Assembly (NCBI GenBank): GCA_054661495.1
Contig: BAAFSQ010000034.1
Coordinates: forward strand, 1 to 32,000
Direction: 5' to 3'
Length of the DNA: 32,000 nucleotides
Source: Zygophlyctis sp. KS116
Taxonomy: Eukaryota > Fungi > Chytridiomycota
Made by a program: the position numbers and the translations under genes. This document shows positions 26,138 through 32,000 of the stretch, in pieces. The notes under the pieces were generated by a model. The model was given only the letters and a program-made list of their open reading frames with translations, searched no databases and was not told the origin of the DNA. Position 1 is the first letter of the stretch; each line of letters starts with the position of its first letter.

Positions 26138-27430
26138 ATGCCAATCGTCGTAAAGGAAAAGGAATGGACGCAACTGGAAACAAGTATTGAAATAATAGTT
26201 CCCCTTAAAGGACATTCAAAGGCTGATGTTTACTGTACAAATTATTATTAATATTAGTGAATTCAAAGTACTTGAAAATCAACTTTCCTCCATACTTTTA
26301 TCAATTGGATTTGGCTCATTCTGTTGATTCTGAGCAGTCAAAATGTAGTATTGGGAATGGACTAGCGGTCATTAATTTGGTGAAATTAGAAAAAATACAA
26401 TGGGATGATATTCATTACAAAGGACCAGATGATATTCAAGAAAGACGAAAAAAGGCAGAAGAAGAATCTCTAAACTTTGAAAAGAAGAAACAGGAAGAAA
26501 GGCTTGCTGCAAAGCGTGAAGAAGAGAAGAGACTAATTCAAGAACAAATTGAAGTTGAAAGAGCAACCAGACAAAGAGTAGAAAGTCTTAAAGAAGCTCA
26601 AAAAAAGGAAGCTCAAGTATTTTACTAAAATTAATTCTTAGAAATCATTAGATGACTGGATAACAGAGACAAAACTTGAGAATAGAGTGGATTCTGGGAT
26701 TTTCTCTGATAAAACTGAAGAGATTGAAATTGATATGGAAGAGATTGAAAGAAAAGTCTCTCAACAACTAAAAGGTAAACATGAAATCATTTAAAATCAG
26801 GAAAAATCAAGGCTGCACCCCGTCAATCTGCAACAATCCAAGTTTCTTTTACGTCAAGAGGACTTTTACCGACTCAAACTGCTAGAGAAAGTGAAGATGA
26901 AAAATGGAGAATAAAGATTAAACAAATGCAAGATATGAATGAAAAGACACTCTCAACAGACTCCAAAAAGGATGAATCAAATCGTAAAATTACTTTAATA
27001 ACTTGTAGCTGAATTATTAAAGGAAAAAGGAAATTCTTTTTTCAAAGCAGGAAATTGGGAAGCTGCAATGAATGCATTTACAGCAGCAATAGAATTATAT
27101 CCTAAAAATGTAGGATATCTGTCATCTAGATCTGCAATTTACCTAAAAATGAATTGTCCATCAGAAGCAATGTCTGATTGTAATTCAGCACTATTAATTT
27201 TGGATCAAGAAGATGAAATTATTGTACAAGAATTAATCACAGAATCTGATTCTGAAAAATCTAAAAGACTCAAATCCAGACTCAAATTGTATATTCGTAA
27301 AGGCGCAGCAGCACTAGCCATGGGAGATACTCAAACTTCCTATAATAATTACAAGATGGCTTTAGATTTGGAGCCTAAAAATCCTGAATTGAAGGAGAAT
27401 GTATCATCACTCTCTAAACTTTGTTTCTGA
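26138..27430 (+). CDS. DNAAF4: Dynein axonemal assembly factor 4 (DYX1C1): CS domain + TPR
   Basis: MPIVVKEKEWTQ...DVYLNSKYLKINFPPYFY CS domain; PRQSATIQVSFTSRG..PTQTARESE; TPR LKEKGNSFFKAGNWEAAMNAFTAAI. Introns 26235-26257, 26617-26641, 26775-26800, 26984-27008. Confidence 0.9.
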
Positions 27431-28002
27431 AGCTACTTATAATTAAATCTTTATCCTCTCTAAATTTCTTTAATGCATCAAATTTACATATGAAAACAGG
27501 GCTTGCATTTTTATCTACAAATGATGAAAAACAATCCAGGAACCCCATCTCGTCTAAAGAGTACACGATTCGTTTGTCGAAAATTAGTGATATTGTTCAT
27601 TTTTAATTTTTAAACGTAATAAAAATTATTGGATGAAACGTAATGAATGAAGCAATGATTTATCTTGATGATCAAATAACTGTGCGCCTTGGCACTTTTT
27701 TGCATTTGTGATCGACTATGATTTGCATCAAGATTGATGTTTTTTTAACCGGTCAGTCTAGTTACTGTCAATCCGACGTGAATTTCAAATGTCGCCAGGA
27801 TGTTTATCAGCTCCACAATCTCTTTGTGATTTTTAGTCAATCATGTTTTATTGCATTCTCGTTGTAATTGAGGATTAATCTCATAGTAAAAATTATATGC
27901 CGACAGTAAGATCATACAGTTGAATATTTTGCATGGGAGTCTCATAGAGAAAGATAGACTGGGCTGTGGTTACTGGAGGGGGTTAAAACATGATCACTTT
28001 TC

Positions 28003-28588
28003 TTAATCTGAAAAAGAACTTCCAAAAAGCCTTACTTTATGCATAGAAGGTAGTTTTGCTACTAATACAATGACTAGAGATGCTAAATTTATCATAAACG
28101 TTGGTAAATCATAGTGAGTATAATGTGTTGAGAGTAAAAACCTAGAAATTAATTCTTAAAAGTACAAAATGATTGGAACTGCAGTCAGATATTTTTTTGA
28201 GGGTGTAAATTGGGCTCCATTATCTACTTTTTAGAATTTAAAAATACCAATTTGTTCCCATAAAGTCAGACTTTGATATTCATTTTGATTTAAACCAAAT
28301 GGAACCTAGAGAATTATTACTTGTAAATTACACCCAGCATCCCATGAAACATTATAAAAGTAATCGCATTCTACTGATTATTCTCGCGTAAAATTACATA
28401 AACTAGATTTGTCAGAGTCCAAGAAAGTTCAGAAGTAATTCCCGGTAAAACTCCAAACATTAATTTTAAACCGACAAGAATTGTAAAATGGGTGATTCTA
28501 GAACCTAGAATTAAATTTCAATTTCAAAACCTCTTAAATTTAACCAATGGGAGTTGGGATTAGTCTCTGTAACTGGATTATTGATCAT
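28003..28588 (-). CDS. ORM1: ORMDL/ORM1 sphingolipid-synthesis regulator, 152 aa; absent from the ORF track
   Basis: Introns 28505-28530, 28371-28397, 28306-28331, 28224-28247 and 28142-28165 give MINNPVTETNPNSHWLNLRG...SWTLTNLVY...MFHGMLGVPF...LTLWEQIDNGAQFTPSKKYLTAVPIILFLLSTHYTHYD...AKLPSMHKVRLFG. Confidence 0.95.
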
Positions 28589-28614
28589 TAAAAAAAAAGT
28601 ACTAGGGCAATATA

Positions 28615-29193
28615 TTATGATCTTCTTCCTCTTCTCTTAAAAGTTTTCCTTTTAGTAAATCTAGATTTCTTGTCTTGAATTTCCAAATATTTCTTTTTAA
28701 AATAAGATTTAGCATCTGCATCTGCTAATAATTCTTGTACAATATTTTCTCTTCTATCTTTTCTTACTAATCTAGAAGAATAATATTCTGTAGGACCTTG
28801 AATAACAGTTCCTATTTGTATAAATGGAGAATTTCCCAATTTCTCTTTTCTATAATGTCTTTTAGGATCTAAAACATTTCTACTCTTGAGAACATGTAAA
28901 TCTTTTTTTAATGCATCAGTAATTTCCACGGCAGGCATATTAAACCAATCAGGACCTGCAGTTTTTAAAGATTTAGATTTTTTAGAATTTGTAAAAGTTG
29001 AATTTGGTTTAGGAGGAGAGGTAGATAGTAGGTCTTTTTTCAACAATATTAAACCCTTGGTCTTTTTTAGACTAGATTCAAAATATAGTTTAGAGTCTTG
29101 TTGTATAGAACTAGAGAAATTTAAATTTTCAAAAGAGATTTGAGATTCTTCAAGAGACTTTGTAGCTTTGACTAATAAATCATCCAAATTCAT
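28615..29193 (-). CDS. FCF2: Fcf2 pre-rRNA processing protein
   Basis: KTAGPDWFNMPA...KKDLHVLKSRNVLDPKRHYRK...QIGTVIQGPTEYYSSRL. Confidence 0.92.
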   Translation of the reverse strand: MNLDDLLVKATKSLEESQISFENLNFSSSIQQDSKLYFESSLKKTKGLILLKKDLLSTSPPKPNSTFTNSKKSKSLKTAGPDWFNMPAVEITDALKKDLHVLKSRNVLDPKRHYRKEKLGNSPFIQIGTVIQGPTEYYSSRLVRKDRRENIVQELLADADAKSYFKKKYLEIQDKKSRFTKRKTFKRRGRRS

Positions 29194-29370
29194 AAAGAAA
29201 ATTATTAAGAAAATTATTCAATAAAATTTTAAAAGTCTAGACCTTACAACTTGAACTCTTTCACTACTTATAGAGCAATCTAAAATTAAAATCAAGCATA
29301 TTTATTCAATACAACCCGATCAAACCAATTCAATAAATGTTTATCTTGAGGTAGCATAATCTTAAAATCT

Positions 29371-30132
29371 TCAATTCCAAAATGGAAAACTTGGTGATTC
29401 CCCTCTTGATGAAATTTCAATTTCTCTATTAGCATCAGGAAATCCAACTTGTAATTGAACATTTAGATCTGAATGAAATACATCAAAGCGTAGAAAATCC
29501 TTTGGGTTACTACTATCCACTTCATGAGTCTTGTCATCCTGATTAGAATTATTTTCCCAATTTTCATTTCTAAAAGAAATCTCCCAATCCTCTATAAATT
29601 CTACTTGAAATCCACCCATTTTGTTACATGAAAGAGGACAAGAGTCAACATCACTTGAATTATTTGCACATGGAGCATCATCTCCCCATTGCTTATGAGG
29701 TAGAATAAGATGAGGAATAGACTCTAAATCCCAAAATAAAAGTAGTCGAACAATAATCCACGCTTCACAAGTAGATAGATTAACTATAGTCTTTTGTGGA
29801 GCTATTTTAGGTATGATTTCATATAATGGCTCAAAAAAGTAATAGTCTCCTTGTTCATCTCCAAAATATTGACATCCATATTTAATCTTTTGAGTAGCAG
29901 TAAATCCCTTATTCCTCATACATAACATGGAATGTCCAAATTCTGCTCCTTTACGATCATTCATTACAAACCAAGCAATCAGTGGTGGGCCAGACTTAAA
30001 GTATGAGCAAAGATACGCATCAATCATAGATTTAAAGCTGTAAGATACTCTTCTCATCTTGAACAAGTGCTGTATAGTACATTTACTCAACCAAATACAT
30101 TGAATTTCAAGGGGAAAAAGTAGTAAATTCAT
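29371..30132 (-). CDS. F-box protein with an unrecognised C-terminal domain (3' end uncertain)
   Basis: From ATG 30132, MNLLLFPLEIQCIWLSKCTIQHLFKMRRVSYSFKSMID fits the F-box pattern; 253-codon open frame. Confidence 0.6.
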   Translation of the reverse strand: MNLLLFPLEIQCIWLSKCTIQHLFKMRRVSYSFKSMIDAYLCSYFKSGPPLIAWFVMNDRKGAEFGHSMLCMRNKGFTATQKIKYGCQYFGDEQGDYYFFEPLYEIIPKIAPQKTIVNLSTCEAWIIVRLLLFWDLESIPHLILPHKQWGDDAPCANNSSDVDSCPLSCNKMGGFQVEFIEDWEISFRNENWENNSNQDDKTHEVDSSNPKDFLRFDVFHSDLNVQLQVGFPDANREIEISSRGESPSFPFWN

Positions 30133-30203
30133 TGTCTGAAAGAGCTTGCGTGGCACTGATAAGAGAGTTGAGACCTTCCAATCAACCTACTGCCAATAGT
30201 ATA

Positions 30204-30566
30204 ATGAATTCAAACGCTTTATTAGATTTTCATTCTCTTCATTTTAGCAAAAGCAGCAAAGAATCATTTCTTGCATCTCTAAATACAAAATCTGATATTC
30301 AGTCTGATGATCAAGTTTCACTAACTCTATCACCAGAAATTATACAAATGTTTCAGTTTTCCCAAGACTTCAAAAGGAAAAGGAAGAAAGAAATAGAAGA
30401 AGAGTCTCAAACTCTAAAGAAACCTCTTTTAGAAAAGATTCAATCTCCAATTGAAAGATTTGGAGAAAATGGAAGAGAAATTCAAGATTTGGAAAAGGAA
30501 TTAAATGAAAATGGATTACAATTTATCAATTATCATGTTTGGCCAGTTATGTCATTATCTTTTTGA
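30204..30566 (+). CDS. Gemin8-like SMN complex subunit
   Basis: LTLSPEIIQMFQFSQDFKRKR...FGENGREIQDLEKELN...WPVMSLSF resembles the Gemin8 C-terminus (YG..A.KIQ.ME...YWPVIPLKF); likely ATG at 30204. Confidence 0.72.
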   Translation: MNSNALLDFHSLHFSKSSKESFLASLNTKSDIQSDDQVSLTLSPEIIQMFQFSQDFKRKRKKEIEEESQTLKKPLLEKIQSPIERFGENGREIQDLEKELNENGLQFINYHVWPVMSLSF

Positions 30567-30582
30567 TCAAATTTCTATAAAT

Positions 30583-31317
30583 TCAAACTACATTTCGACA
30601 TTCAACACTACCGTCTAATTTTCCTATATAGATAGTATTAGCCATTTTAGAAAAGATTCCAGTTTCAATAATTCCTGGAATCTTTATTAAATCTTGCTGT
30701 AAAGTATACGGATCTTTTAAAAGTCCAAAGTTTGTATCTAGAATGAAATTACCATTATCAGTAACTACTGGTCCGGCTTTTCCTGTTCCTTGTCTTAATT
30801 CAGGAATTCCTCCTAATGATTTCAATTGATTCATTACTAAAACATAAGCTAAAGGTACAACTTCAATTGGAATTCCTCTAGTCCACTAAAATTAATAATT
30901 TAAATAATACAAAAGTTCCCAAGGTTTTTGAATCTTTAGACTCATCTACAAGTATTATAAACTTTTTAGATGCAGATGCAACTAGTTTTTCTTGTAGTAA
31001 ACATCCTCCTCCTCCCTTGATAAGATTAAATTCAGAGTCAATTTCATCTGCACCGTCAAATGCAATATCTAATTGGGGATATTGATTTAGATTTCCCTGA
31101 ATTTAAAAATAATAGTTACTAATGGTAGTCCATGTTTAAGAATTAATTGCTCAGACTGAAAGGATGTAGGAATACATGCCTTGATTTTAGATTTATTTTC
31201 TGCTAGATATTTAACTGCATACACAATTGTAGAACCTGATCCAATTCCAATTATGGATGCGTTACCCAATTCTGCCTTGATTGCAGCTTTGGCTACTAAT
31301 TCTTTAATCTTTTCCAT
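30583..31317 (-). CDS. RKI1: Ribose-5-phosphate isomerase A
   Basis: IGIGSGSTIVY, IPTSFQS, AFDGADE, IKGGGGCLLQEK and KAGPVVTDNGNFILD motifs. Introns 31097-31119 (23 nt) and 30886-30910. Confidence 0.95.
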
Positions 31318-31411
31318 TATTTTCAATTCCTAATAACTGCCCAAATTTGTCATGTCAGCTATATAATTCGCATTCTTGGTCTGCTTGTAATGCGTATATA
31401 ATGGATAAGTA

Positions 31412-31945
31412 GGTGATGAGCTCTCCCTTTCAACAACTAAAGGTGGATCTGCTCTCAAGCCTGGTCTAAGACTGACTGATCTTTCTTCTCAACCGGGCTA
31501 TTTAGAAAATGATGATGATCATCCTTTGCCGTCAAAGAAGAGGAAATGGTACTCAATTTCCAGATTTTATGATCATTTTTGACTATCGAATGAATTTGGT
31601 GAATGAAGCAAAGAGAAGAAAATTGATCGGAAACTGTGATTACACCATCTGCCACCGTGGACTTCGGAATCTTCCTCACTTGGTTATTATAGAAGCTAAA
31701 ATAACAAACAATGAGACAATGTTACAGTGCATTGGGGAGTGTGCTTCCATTCATTATAGAAGAACGGAAGCTGGAATGGTAAATCTAAAAGTATATGGCA
31801 TTCATTCAACAGGGAGTATCTGGAAGTTTATTTTTATTGATGAAAAAGGTTCGACGTTTGTCTCAAAAGAGTAAAAATTATGTCAAGGAAGGCTTTGATC
31901 TAACATATTGTCTGGTTTACTATGTAGTGAAACAATCTCATATTA
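31412..31945 (+). pseudogene. Degraded Crinkler (CRN)-type effector: header fragment + PD-(D/E)XK REase domain
   Basis: One frame gives DELSLSTTKGGSALKPGLRLTDLSSQPGYLENDDDHPL-PSKKRKW. A shifted frame gives GNCDYTI...LVIIEAK...QCIGECA...VYGIHSTGSIWKFIFID, then premature stops from 31872. Confidence 0.65.
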
Positions 31946-32000
31946 ACAGCCCAATTTGAGAGTCCGAAATTCAGATGATTTATTTAGGTTTGTGTTACAA

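Overview
Eukaryotic, AT-rich, extremely compact nuclear DNA, most likely from a flagellated zoosporic (chytrid-like) fungus. Kinesin-2/KIF3 and DNAAF4 imply a flagellum; a Myo2-type class V myosin, a Kic1/Nak1 kinase and a Crinkler remnant point to a fungus. The ORF track is fragmented because genes are broken by ultra-short GT-AG introns: I reconstructed 59 by hand, all 23-35 nt. Splicing them gives about 23 protein-coding genes plus a CRN pseudogene. Three of these are absent from, or wrong in, the ORF track: a BCL7/Rtt102-like microprotein, ORMDL/ORM1 and a secreted surface protein. Co-oriented genes are often only 18-61 bp apart. One tandem pair appears to overlap in a bacterial-style ATGA stop/start (HINT3 to KIF3), and one convergent pair shares a TTAA. 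Accessory-looking content includes a signal peptide + F-box + ankyrin effector candidate beside an exact duplication breakpoint, an orphan F-box gene, an orphan coiled-coil gene with flanking inverted motifs and a degraded Crinkler REase gene. All family calls come from motif recognition by eye; no database search was run.
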